This document shows, piece after piece, positions 1-11,946 of a stretch of 64,000 bases of DNA. Location: contig JAPETS010000023.1 of assembly GCA_026023565.1 (NCBI GenBank), positions 186,001 to 250,000 of the forward strand, given 5' to 3'. The notes below the pieces were generated by a model. The model saw only the letters and a program-made list of their open reading frames with translations, was not told the DNA's origin and did no database searches. Position 1 is the first letter of the stretch, and every line of letters begins with the position of its first letter. The stretch comes from Cirrosporium novae-zelandiae. Taxonomy: Eukaryota. A program made the position numbers and the translations under genes.

Positions 1-106
1 TGCTAATATGAGGGAGCCGTAATGATAATTGGTTGAAATGCTATTTTCAAAGTCTAAGAAGTAGGAAAGTTCAAGTCAAAAAGATGAGATTTACTAAGGG
101 CCTTAC

Positions 107-232
107 CACAACACCTCCATCGTATATACATCCAACAATTGTAGTTCCAGTGCTGGTAGCCTTTGGTAGGGGAACTCCTCGTGCATGAAGGGCTGCATTT
201 CGATTATGGTTTGAGAAATCGAAGCCAGGCAT
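107..232 (-). CDS. PUP1: 20S proteasome beta-2 subunit, first exon only (gene continues beyond left edge)
   Basis: Not in the ORF track. Minus-strand ATG at 232 reads MPGFDFSNHNRNAALHARGVPLPKATSTG/TTIVGCIYDGGVV (propeptide plus N-terminal Thr nucleophile), followed by a GTAAGG donor at 106. Confidence 0.95.
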
Positions 233-626
233 GTTGGTGATAGCGTATCAGTAAAGAGGCTATTTGTATAAACGTGGAGCGGTCCTATTTTTATCTGAGA
301 GCCAGAAGGTAGATGACTTAGGAATGAAAGTCGACTTGACTTGGTGGTTGAGGGTTGTGAGGGTTCAGATGAAGCGAAGCTTCGTGAGCTCAAGTTGCCT
401 GGACATGTCTGGTTCGTCACTATCAAGTTTAAGCGAGGCTTCTTCGTCAAAACTTACCACTCTGGTCGCGTCCTTCCTCCTGGGCTTCTCTGGGCGTGTA
501 AAGTGAAATGAAGCTCAGTTCCCAAAAACATCAGAAGTGAAATAACAAAGACTTCCTCCCTAAGAAATGCTAACAACCAAACAAATCTAAACCCGCAGGT
601 TGCGGTACATCTCTACAGTCGCAACC
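233..626. promoter_or_regulatory. Compact divergent promoter shared by PUP1 and NUP159
   Basis: Head-to-head start codons at 232 (-) and 627 (+), 394 bp apart. Confidence 0.6.
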
Positions 627-3600
627 ATGGCTCTTTCAAATCCCCAGGTACAAATGGGACCTGAGCTTCATGAAATCTCAGTAGAGGCAAGATATCTTAT
701 TCCCGCCTTCCTAGCTAATAGCCATTGCTAATCTTAGATATATAGGGATTTGGATTTCGCTCCATTAATCGCGACGTTAAACTGAAACTCTTCCCTACCC
801 CATGGCCCTCTGATAATCTTCCTCATTCTACTTCATCGCTTTTAGCTATTGCATCGCAACATGGCGTCTTGGTTGCAGCTGGGCCGGATTACGTTGTGGT
901 CGCAGAAACGGAATCTATACGAGACTGCCTCTTGAAACCAGGACTCACAGATGATGGAGAAAGGCTTCCTGATATCAGATCGTATACACCTAAGCTTTCC
1001 ATACCCATACCAAGGGTATCTCGGGTAGCCTTCACAGCAGATGAGAAGTATCTGCTGCTGTCAGCAGAATCCAGCAGTGACTTGGCCGTCTACGAATTGG
1101 CTGCTCTCTTAAATGGGAATACACAACCTACTTTTCAAATTTCTACAAATAATGCATCTCTTCGGACTCTGGCACCCAACCCAGCTTCAGGACTTATAGC
1201 GATTGTCACGTCTATGGGGCAGCTTCTGCTCGCAGACCTTGAAACACGATCGCTCGTCAACAATGGACAGGTATTCAAGGATGGTGTTAGCTGCGTGGCA
1301 TGGAGTAACAAAGGAAAACAGTTAGTTGCTGGTCTTGGCGATGGAACCCTATGTCAAATGAAGACAGACGGGAGTGTAGTAGCTGAGATACCATCTCCAC
1401 AAGGACTACAGGGCGAATATCATGGTGCGTTGGGCTTCAAAATTTTCATTCTCCGTCATGTTGACTGGTTTTTTTAGTGTCCTCGGTTTTGTGGTTACAG
1501 AATGACCTCTTCCTGGTAGTCCACACACCTACCAGAAATAATGATCCCCCTGATCCATCGGAACTTCATGTAATTAATCGGGAACCTCCTTCGTCCTATA
1601 TATTTTCTCACCTTCCTGATCCTTCTCCTCCTTTTGGTCTTATTCGACAGCCTGCACACTATTTCCTGTCTCGACTCCGAAAGTTTCCCCCCGATATAGA
1701 GGACATGATCTTAGCAGCATCTACTTGTTCGAGTGATATTGGGGTTCTGACCCGTTCAGCGAAAGCTCTTGCGCAGCTGGACGACGTGCCCACTGAAGAA
1801 ATAACAAATACCTTCACCGTAACTTCACCTGGAGATGATGCAGATAGAGCTACTCTTCCAATGGGGGAAAATTCGACGGATACCTCCCCAATCGGTGTTG
1901 CTCTAGATCTTTCGAGTCGTATGAAGGTGTGGAAACCTATTCCTACTTCGGATATTGAGGAATCCCCCACCCCTTTGCCTGGGCTTGTGGTCTTAAACAA
2001 CGAAGGTACTCTAGCATATTGGTGGGTGATATATGCGGATTCCATAAATAAGGGTATGCCTTATCCTGGACTCATTGCTGTCGCCGGTCAGCTTAAAGAA
2101 CAAGTCGAATCTACCCCAGCGCCCACAGAGCCGCAAAAGCCCACACCTAGCTCAACTGGCTTTGGAGGTTTTGGCACCCCATCCACAACCCCGTTTTCTT
2201 CATTTAGCCAACCATCCGCGTCAACCTTAGGGAATACGGGAACATCTGCATTCGGCACAAAGGGCGGGTTTGGTGCAGCGTCCGACATGGGAAAGCCACA
2301 GTCACCCTGGGGAGGAGGTTCTGCACCTGGGAAACCCACATTTGGTGCCCCAAGTTCCTTTGGAAGTCCATCACAAACACCAGCCTTTGGGGCCCATGGA
2401 CTCGGGCAAAGGCAATCTCCTTGGGGCTCAACGGGGAGCAGTACACCAGCTGCCACTCTGATGAACAGTGGTGCGGCTTTTGGATCACATGGCTTTGGAC
2501 AAAAACAGTCTCCTTGGGGTTCGCAAGCGAACAATACGCGAACACCAGCATTTGGCCAACCAAGCGGACTTGAATCGCAGCAGGCCAAGAACACACTTGG
2601 AGGAGCGTTTGGAGGTGGGAACCAGACAAGTGGTTTCGGAGCAGAACAGCCTAAGAATCCTTTTGGTGGAGTGTTTGGTGGTCCTTCAAGCCCATCCGCA
2701 TCAAGTACTAGCGGAGGCTTTGGTTCCTATGCTACTTCTGGCGGGTTTGGTAGGTCTAAATCCTTGACTGAGGGTGGTTTTGGTTCTAGTTCGAAATTCC
2801 AGGGCGAGCCTTTAAAAGCGGTAGATCAAAAGCCTGCGAACAGTTTTTCCAAAGGATCTAGTTTCGGTGGTTTTGCCAAACCTTCTAATGATTCAAAGGC
2901 CTCCCCAAAGGAGAACGGTGATGCCTTTGGGTTTGGCACAGGCTTCAGTAGAGGCCTCAGTCCTACAAAATCCCCTAAAGATACTGGAGGGCCGTTTTTC
3001 GAAAATAGTTTTATGGGTGCACTCATGACGGCCGGTGATCCCAAACCAGCTCCCGATAAAGAGGCTGAGATGGAAGATTCAAATACCGATCAACCTAAGT
3101 CTCCACCATCGACTTTAACAGCACCTCGAATTACATCTCCTCTTACTGCGCCTCCATTAACGACTGGATCCTGGGGGGCACAGGCTCAGGCTCAACAAAC
3201 CCCTGCAGCGGTTCAAAGCAGCAGACCTACTATTTTCCAATCTACAACACCCCAGGAAACCCCGCTGAAGCTTACTTCAACTCCTGCAGTCAAGCCTCAA
3301 CTTAGCGAGGATACCAAGAAGTTATCACAAATAAAAGAAGCTAGCCCTGAACCTCCATTACCACCAGATAGCACCAGTAAGTCGAGCCTTGCACCCTGGG
3401 ATTCATCTGCATCTTCTTCATTGCTTACATCCAGATCACCAGATGATGCTCCCTTACCACCGGATTTTCTCTTTGCGGAAAAGACGCCTAAAACCGATGC
3501 ACCCCTGCCTCCTGATTATCTTCCCTCTTCAAGAAGCAAAGCTTCTCAAATCGAAAGTTTTGAAGCACCTTTACCAGAAGAAGAGGAAGTATCCGAGTTT

Positions 3601-5163
3601 GATGACGAGGGAAGTGGGGAGGATATTACAAAGGATTTAAGCCCTCCGGAGCCAGATCAGATCACCAAGATTAGTTTGGAAAATTCCTATGGTGGATCGA
3701 TACCTGCTGGAGATTTTTTTAGCAAAATTCGTCGGGATCATTCCCGTGATAGTTCAAAGCCTTTGTTTGGTGAAATCACTGGGAAACCAGCTCCTATATT
3801 CTCTCCTCCTCGCTCGCAATTAAGCCCCAGGTCACCAAGCCCGGTCCGTGCAATACCGAGGGATCTAATACGGCCGGATAATAGTCGGTCGATGAGTGCA
3901 CCGGGTCTTTCTAGGAGCGCTATACAGCAGCGAAAAGCTACCTTGGGTCGGTCAGCAGCGGACTTTGCAAAGCCTAGCACCGGTACTTCAGCAAGTAATC
4001 AACTAAGAATAGAAAGAGAACAACTTGCTCTCGTGCAAGCTAGAAAGCAACAAGAGGAGGAGCAAAATTTGAGTGACCAAGAAGACGAAAGAGTACGAGA
4101 AGAACTTGCAACCGAAGTTGAACCATCGAAAGCGTTGGATCCCTTTGTTGCGCACCAGGATTATATTGGTCAGGTCAGCAAGCCTGGTGTTCCCGGGCAA
4201 ATCGAAAGGCTCTACCGTGATATTAATTCTATGGTTGATACCCTAGGAATTAATGCCCGGACACTTCGATCATTTATTAAAGGTCACACAGAGTTGTATA
4301 AGGAAGGTGGTCGGGATAGAGACGATCTCGAGGACGAGGAAAATTGGTGTCTGATTGAAATTGAAGATCTTGCGGTCATCCTGAAGGAAACTGCTGAACA
4401 GCTTGAGAGCGGCCGCATCCACCATGTGCGAGAAAAGCTTAATGAGTGTAAAGATCTACAAAACGATCTAATTAAAGTACGATCTAAACGTCAAGATATC
4501 CAGAAAGCCATTAACAGCGTAACGGATCCCGAGCAACTCGAGGCTATGAGAATTGCACCTCTTAGTGCAGAGCAAACGACGGTACAGAATGACCTGCGGA
4601 AGGATTTTACCCAACTCCAGAGGTGGCTAGTGGAAGCAGAGGAAGGCATTACAATGCTTCGGACGCAGCTTGCTTCAAGTAGCAATGGAAGCTCGAATGG
4701 AGTACGGAGAACGCCGACTGTTGAGGCAGTGACAAATACAATTATGAAGATGACGAGTATGGCTGAGAAGAGAAGCGGTGATATCGACGTGCTGGAGAAT
4801 CAGATGCGGAAACTGGGAGTGGGGTCTCCTCTCAATGGACCTATGCCTCGTAGCAGAGAAGGGTCCCCCTTGGCGACACCCAGATCATCTAGAACAAAAG
4901 TGCAGCAGACACCTAGATCGAACTCGACAGCAGCATTCTACACTCCAGAGTTGAAGCGGAGTGTGGGTCTAGGCAGGAATGGTTTTGGGTCTTCAGTGGG
5001 GTCAAATGTCAATGGGACGCCAAGGCGACGCCTCCATGCAGTATCTGAAGATGACATGAAGGCATACCAAGAAAAGGCACAGCGAAGGAAGTTGAAATTA
5101 GAAAAGCTCGGACAGGCGTTGGTGGAAGCGGGTCCGATGGTTAGGAAGCTGAATGAAGCATGA
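627..5163 (+). CDS. NUP159: FG nucleoporin Nup159/NUP214-like
   Basis: Exons 627-686, 746-1424, 1478-5163. N-terminal beta-propeller (VSCVAWSNKGKQLVAGLGDG), central FG-repeat region, DAPLPPD repeats, C-terminal coiled coil. Confidence 0.93.
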
Positions 5164-5721
5164 AACAAGTGTGTGTACTGTGTATTTCTAGGATTCGGAC
5201 CTATGTGGGCCGTGGGTATTTAGGAAAAAGGAAGGAGAGAATAAGTAATGATGATAGCGTCAAAGAAAACCAGGGCCAGTCTTTTGGATTATTGATGGCT
5301 ATCTGGTATTTGACAATCATGTACACTAATTAGTTGTGGACATGCCGGTCGGGTACTTGGTGGTGTCAGAATCCCTTGATTTCCCCTCGGTTGTTGATGA
5401 TGATGACCAGTACCAGACTACAATTGCGCCATTCTGTACTTTGTACTTATCATTCATCAATCACGCAATTACTAGGATTAAGAAGTATCTATCTCATGCT
5501 TAAGTACTGTACATGTCTTTGCCGCATCCAACGGCCATCTATGTTGAAAAAGATTGGTTATATATATATCCTCATATCTTATCTCTCTACTCTTTCTTTG
5601 ACGTTTTCACGTTTTCACTCTTCTCCCCATCCCTCAATTGAATAACTGAGTCAAAATCTCACTGCTCAATATTATTATCCCTTCAAACTCCTCTCAAAAT
5701 CCCTCTGCACAATCCCTCGCA

Positions 5722-7080
5722 ATGGCCCCCGCATTAACCGACACCCTCCCCACTTCCCACCCCCATATTATAAATAAAACCATTTTCCCGGATGGCATCA
5801 AAACATCTGGCCAGCATGAACCCATCTATGAGCTCTTGGAACCTTACGAGAATTTCCCTAAGGAAATCGCCGGTCCCACTGTCTGGAAGAAAGACGACTA
5901 TATAAACAACCCGGAACGATGGATTCACCCACTCTCCGAGACCGAGATTGAAGAGCTAAGCAAGACGGCTGATGAATTTATCGCAACCGGGAGGCCTTTG
6001 ACTGGAATTTCAAAGGTTTGCTGCTACTTACCGCTCTTGCGTTCGAAAACCAAATGATATCAACTTTGCCTAGGCATTCTGATTCCTTTTCGTCTTTCAT
6101 TTAGGGCAATTTCCCGCTCCCCCAGCTCTCTCCTCTGCTCTCCTCCATCAAGTCCGAAATCCTCAACGGCAAAGGCTTCATCCTCTTCAAGGGCTTCCCC
6201 GTCGAGCAATGGGGCAACCACAAGTCCGCCGTCGCTTATATGGGCCTCGGTACCTATCTCGGCTACTTTGTCTCTCAGAACGGTCTCGGCCATGTCCTAG
6301 GCCACGTCAAAGACCTAGGTGAAGATCCAAAGCAGATAGACAAAGTCCGAATCTACAGAACCAACGCTCGGTAAGTCCCCTCCCCCCCTTATATTGCAAT
6401 CTCCATTCCATCCCAATTCAAACCAAACCAACCCCCCACTTCCTCCCAGCCAATTCTTCCACGCCGACGACTCCGACATCGTCGGCCTCCTCTGTATCGC
6501 CCGCGCCCTCGAAGGCGGCGAGTCTGACATCGTCTCTGCCCACCACGTCTGGAACACCCTCCAACGCACCCGGCCCGACGTAGCCAAAACCCTCACAGAG
6601 CCAATCTGGTATTTCGATCGCAAAGGCGAGACCTCGGCAGGCCAGGACCCATACATCCGAACCTCGATATTCTACCTCGAGCCCCACGGTCATGGTCGCG
6701 TTTACAGCAAATGGGATCCGTATTACGTGCGATCACTCACGCGCTTCAGCGACGCGGGACTCATCCCTCCGCTCTCGGATGCGCAGATCGAGGCCATGAA
6801 GGTGCTGGAAGAGACGTGCCAAGCGCTGGCGCTGCATATGGTTCTTGAGGTCGGGGATATCCAGTTCCTCAGTAACAACCATGTGTTTCATGCCCGGACG
6901 GAGTACAAGGATCATTTGCCCCCGCACCCGCGACGTCATTTGATGAGGCTGTGGTTGGCGACGCCGGAGGGCGAGGGCGAGGGCGGGTGGTGCTTGCCGT
7001 TTAAGGATAGCAAGGAGAAAAAGAGAGGTGGGATTCAGGTTGATGATACGGCGCCTGTGGCTCATTTGGATGCCGAATAG
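5722..7080 (+). CDS. TauD/TfdA (clavaminate synthase-like) Fe(II)/2-oxoglutarate dioxygenase
   Basis: Exons 5722-6015, 6105-6370, 6450-7080. HxD (FHAD), distal His (NNHVFHART) and RHLMRLW Arg motif are present. Confidence 0.9.
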
Positions 7081-7277
7081 GATAGACAACACTTATGTTA
7101 TAACAGAACACATGAAGTAGTAGTCTAGTATTTGAATATGTCTTGGAAAAGAAAGGGAAAAAAAAAAAAAGAAAAACCCATCACATGTTGATTCATGTAC
7201 ATGTGCCTTAGTAGTTGATGAAAAATATATGGGACAAACACTTTGCAATTTATGTACTTGCGTTTATAAACAAAGAA

Positions 7278-7312
7278 ATGTATGTGTGTATGTATGTATG
7301 TATGTATGTATG
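7278..7312. repeat. (TATG)n microsatellite
   Basis: Six perfect TATG units at 7289-7312 with a degenerate upstream extension, between convergent 3' ends. Confidence 0.9.
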
Positions 7313-7697
7313 CAGAATATAGAATATAGAATATAAAATGTGAATTATCACATGGTAACTAATTTACCGTGGAGCCCACATCCACACACATCCACGTGCT
7401 AATTAATACTAATCCATATCCAACCAACACACAAAAAAAGGAAGTCCGTATAGATCTATCCATTTGATATACAAGTATAAAAAATGTACAGTACATATAG
7501 CCCTAAATTTATTTCATTCGTTCCTCTCTATCATTTATCTCTCTATCTAATCTAGATAACAATCCACACCGTCTCGTCTCGTCTCGGAATATCATCATTT
7601 GTCATCTCATATCAGCGTAACCTCCCACCAAACACCCAACTTCTCCACACCCACACCCACATATTCCCTCCCCATCCCATCCTGATACCCCCATCCC

Positions 7698-8253
7698 TCA
7701 CCCAAACATAACCTCCTGCTTCGCCCCCTCCACCTCCCCCGCAAACCCCACCCGATCCCTAACATAAAACTCCACCCCCACCTTCCCAAAATCAGCTTTT
7801 CCGCCATCCAATCCCCCCGCCTTAATACACGTAACCTCAGGCATAAGCTCCAGCTCAGTATACAAACTGGACCCGCATGTTCCACAGAAAAAATGCTTGT
7901 TTATTTTTCCGGAGTTTCCCGTGATGTCGTAGGTTTTGGGGAGTTGGGATGAGGTCACCTGGAAAGAGGTTCGGGGGACGACTACGTTGGAGGTGTAGGC
8001 GCTGCCGGACCATTTTTGGCAGTCGGTGCAATGGCAGAGGGCTGTTACGGTGGGTTCGCCTGTGGAGGTGATTAGTTGGTTTTTTTTAGGAGAGCGATGG
8101 TTTTCAGATGTTTCCCGTTTTATTTTCGATATTTATCTCTTGTTGCCTCTCGTTGCTCCTCCCGTAGTAATATAGATATGAATATGGAGGATATATACCT
8201 GTAAACTCATACGTTATAGCCCCACACATACAACTTCCTTTTGTGGTAGTCAT
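7698..8253 (-). CDS. GFA / Mss4-like (CENP-V/GFA family) zinc protein
   Basis: Exon 1 MTTTKGSCMCGAITYEFT, one intron, then GEPTVTALCHCTDCQKWSGS...FFCGTCGSSL: CxC, CxCxxC and CxxCG zinc motifs of the GFA family. Confidence 0.9.
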
Positions 8254-8268
8254 TTTTACCGGGAGGAG

Positions 8269-8316
8269 GTGGTGGTAGTAGTAGTAGTAAAGAAGAAGAA
8301 GAAGAAGAAGAAGAAG
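8269..8316. repeat. Compound (GGT)/(GTA)/(GAA)n microsatellite just upstream of the GFA gene start
   Basis: ggtggtggtagtagtagtagtaa followed by about 8 GAA units. Confidence 0.85.
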
Positions 8317-9347
8317 GGAGGAGGCTTATTTAAATCAGCCCAGTCCCCAATTGAATGAATATCCAAAATCTCAAAAGTTTTAGTTAGTAGCAACAGACAA
8401 CAGACAATAAACAATAATAATAACAATAAAGATGAACAATTTGAAACAAGGAAAAAATCAATCCGAGAAGGAGGGGTAGAACTACAGAGGAGATTTTCTG
8501 ATAAATATATCTATGAGAGGGGGAAGAGGAGACAAGACTTCTAATCCAGTGAGCGCCCCAGTCTCAGTTTTATTTAGTCCAATCAAATTCTCAGAAACCA
8601 TGATTTCGATAGGCATGAATAAATGAAAGCCTCGGCTTGAAGCTACTCCTTGGAAGATAAAAGCAGGAATCATCGAAAAAAAGCCTTTGACGTCTGATTC
8701 AGTAATCAATGATACGCATAGATAGGTGGATCTTTTATCTCGGGCTGACGGGTCCTGCAGCGAATTTTTCATGCCACCAGTTACGATAGGTGAGGGGTAA
8801 GATATCCGATAGTTTTTTACTAAAAGTAACAAATGGTAAAGGATTGATTAATTTCAGGTGAATTCCGTCGGGGGAAAAATCAACAAAAATCAAAATGGGG
8901 CGCCGAGTAAGACACTAAGGAAAGGCAGTATGAAGTGGATTTCTTGCGTACGGTTCGGACTTGTTTACTGATATCAGATTGTGGGGGATAAAGAGTTTAT
9001 GCTTCTAAAAGAACAGGGGAAAGTGGTAAATAGAGTGGCACGAGTGGGAACATTTTATTTGGGGAGGGGAGACTATGCTAATATGCATACTGTACGAAAT
9101 TGACTCGTTATCAGAGAATTGTAAAAGGGGAAAAAAAAGTTGGTTGCCTCTTATTTTGGGGATGCATCGTAAACCGAGGAAATCTCACTTTAGCACCTTC
9201 TCAGATTTATATTTATATAGCGCATTTTAGCTGTGAAAACAGGGTATTTGATTGTATTATTACGAGGCACGTGCGAGGTATATCAGATACATCGCTAGTC
9301 GTCTCACTCGTAACATCATCTTAATCCTTTTGTCCCCTGAACCCTCT

Positions 9348-10402
9348 TTATAATTTCGCATCATAGCTTCCCTCAACCTCGATGATTTTCCGCACAGCTC
9401 TCTTCGCGCCTTCTCCCTCCATACACTTCTTCGTATACTCATAAAGTTTGGGGTATTTTTCTCTGGTCAACGGCGCCCCCACCCTATCATACGTAGCAAA
9501 ATCAAGACAATAGACATTCATGATGTCTGCGGCATTGAGTTTATTCCCGCAGAGATAGCCCCCGCAGTCCGGGGCAGATTCAAGCTGGGATTCCATGAAG
9601 GAGAAGTGTGTATTTAAGTTGGGGTCGAGGTAGAGGGAGTGGATTTTAGATGTGATGAGGTGAGTGACAGGTTTGATAAGGAAAGGGCCTGACGTTTGCA
9701 TATCTGTAAAGATACATAAATTAGTATGAGATGTTCAAGAAGGAAATGGAAAGGAAATGGGAATGAAAAAAAAGGCCTTACTCTCTACGAACAATGCTAA
9801 CAATAAGAGACTCATCAGACTACCCTCCGCATAATGCATGAAAAACCTATACCTAACCCACTCTTCTGTCTCACCCCCAACCTTCCCTTCCAACCCTTCC
9901 CTCCATCTGTTCGGTTCTATATTCGTTCCCTTTCCAAAATGATCAACTAGATATTCTACAATGGCTGCGGATTCGGCCAAGACGAGGGGTTTGTCGAGGT
10001 TTGGAGCTTCGATAGTTAGAAGTGGAGATTTCCCCAAAGGATGAACATGTTTGAGCTCGGCCGGTGCTAGCATAGTTAGTTTGCTACGATGGTAGACTTT
10101 TACTTCGTAGGGGACGTTGAGGTCTTCGAGAAGCCAGAGGATACGCTGAGCGCGAGATTGGTTGAGCCTATCATGGGAGGAGGGTATTAGTATTTATTGA
10201 GGTAAGATATCTTTGAGCTATACGCCTTGGTCATCATATACCAGCTTGCTGGCCCTCAGGAAGATATTCCCTATGTGCAGAGGTTTGCCGAGAGCTGGTA
10301 TAATATGAAAAGTGTGGGAGAAGAGGGGTCATTAACGTACCAGTGCAGAGTGATCTTCACTCCTTCAGGTAATTGCTGCTTTGGAGGAGCTTCTGTAGAC
10401 AT
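9348..10402 (-). CDS. Glutathione S-transferase (Gtt1-like), C-terminal AKL
   Basis: Spliced N-terminus ...ITLHW/LNQSRAQRILWLLEDLNVPYE, HPLGKSP, LAESAAIVEYL, FMHYAEGSLM, YLCGNKLNAADI. Three exons. Confidence 0.92.
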
Positions 10403-11084
10403 TGCGAGCTGTATGGAGGATATGAGGAAAATATATGTTTAGTTAATGTCAATTGAGGCCAAGATATCAAAACATTGACGAGAGAGGGTTGGGATAAAAC
10501 CACAAATAACGATAAAACTGCAGAATACGATAAATAATCAGACTATTCGATATCTTAGCAATGACAACTCCGCTTTTTATTTATAAGCTTTGTCTCTAAT
10601 AGGATATGAATCCCTCGGAGTGGCCGATCATTCTTTCCCCAGAGCGCATCTATGCTGGGAAGAGAAGGCAGAAATATGCACATGCACATCTGTTATGTTT
10701 TCAAGTCCGTTTTCTTTGCGGAGCTCCGTCAACTTTGGAGCGGCATATGACGATACAAGTACGAATAGTATGTCGTGTATGCCACTCATTCAGTTTGATG
10801 CGGAATTCGGGACTTTGAGATCCGGAATGTTGGCCTAAGGTGGCACTTGGAAGGTCACCGGGCTAAACTCAATTAGTAAAGCTAGTATCAAAATAGTAAG
10901 ATCGGCTTCACCGGGAAAGCGGCCGTCGAAGCCACATCCGTGGCTTGTTCAGTCTTGTATCAGCCTCATGGTTAATTGAGCCTCAAGCACTAGACCAATT
11001 GATATCACCAATTGCAATAGTCTTATATGACATTTACAAACATCTCCGCTCTGTACTTCCCAAAGCAGGAGTAATATATTAACC

Positions 11085-11661
11085 ATGGTCGACCACAAAA
11101 ATCCAATTGGTATACTTCTCCTTTGCCCTAAGACTAAAAACATGAGTAACTGACCATTTATCCCGAAATAGCTCTCAATGAGGACCCTCAGTTGATGAAA
11201 TGGAACGGTATCCCCTCTATCTCTTTCCTTCCATCAAGTTATCCATCTACCGCGAGTGATACCATCTTTCCATACCCATCCGGGCCCATTCGCTGCCACC
11301 CCACAGTCTTCCTAGCCCTCCTCTCCATCATCGGTGTCGAATGCCATACTAACACAGTGGTTCCTCAGAGACGTATATGAACCGTTACAAGTATTTCCGC
11401 TGGACCCCCCGAACTGCTTGGCTCTCTTTTGTCTATATGGCGGCTATACCTGGTGGACTGATGTGGTTGGGGTACCACTATGAAGTGAGTCTCGTTATTA
11501 GAGTTCAGAGGTCGCATGGGAAGGCAAGCGAGAAAAGAGCGGAGCAATCGAAGAACAGTACTGCATTTTTGGAAGATAAGTTGTGACTAACTCATCTTTC
11601 GCGATAGGGAAAATGGGAGTTTCGAGGAAAGAGAAGAGGAGATACTATTGTGGAGTATTAG
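11085..11661 (+). CDS. NDUFB4: NADH:ubiquinone oxidoreductase accessory subunit B15 (NDUFB4-like)
   Basis: Four small exons: MVDHKNPI / LNEDPQLMKWN / YMNRYKYFRWTPRTAWLSFVYMAAIPGGLMWLGYHYE / GKWEFRGKRRGDTIVEY*. Single TM helix and FRWTPRT motif. Confidence 0.82.
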
Positions 11662-11946
11662 ATTATACGGCATGTGACCAAAGGAACATCTCCAAATACA
11701 ACGTCTGTTGTTCATATGATGCTCTAGCTAAGATATCCAAATGAATCGTCTGAGTTTGACTCTTACTTTATGGGTTAGCTATCAGTCTAGAAGTACATCT
11801 GTGCATTCCAAATCCAAAGAAAGTATTAGTATATACAATTTCTTATTTAGTCGAATTCCTAATCCATTAACACCTTTGCTCGTAAGTCTTGGACGGATAT
11901 AAAATCCACATCACATTACTTAAGACTTACCTACCAATTACCTGCC

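Noticed and set aside
103..506. ORF-track entries 103-450 (-) and 264-506 (+)
   Set aside because: Shadow ORFs; the real gene is PUP1 in a different minus-strand frame starting at 232.
8482..9324. ORFs 8482-8832 (-) and 9100-9324 (+)
   Set aside because: Non-ATG starts, no motifs, and AT-rich promoter/terminator context.
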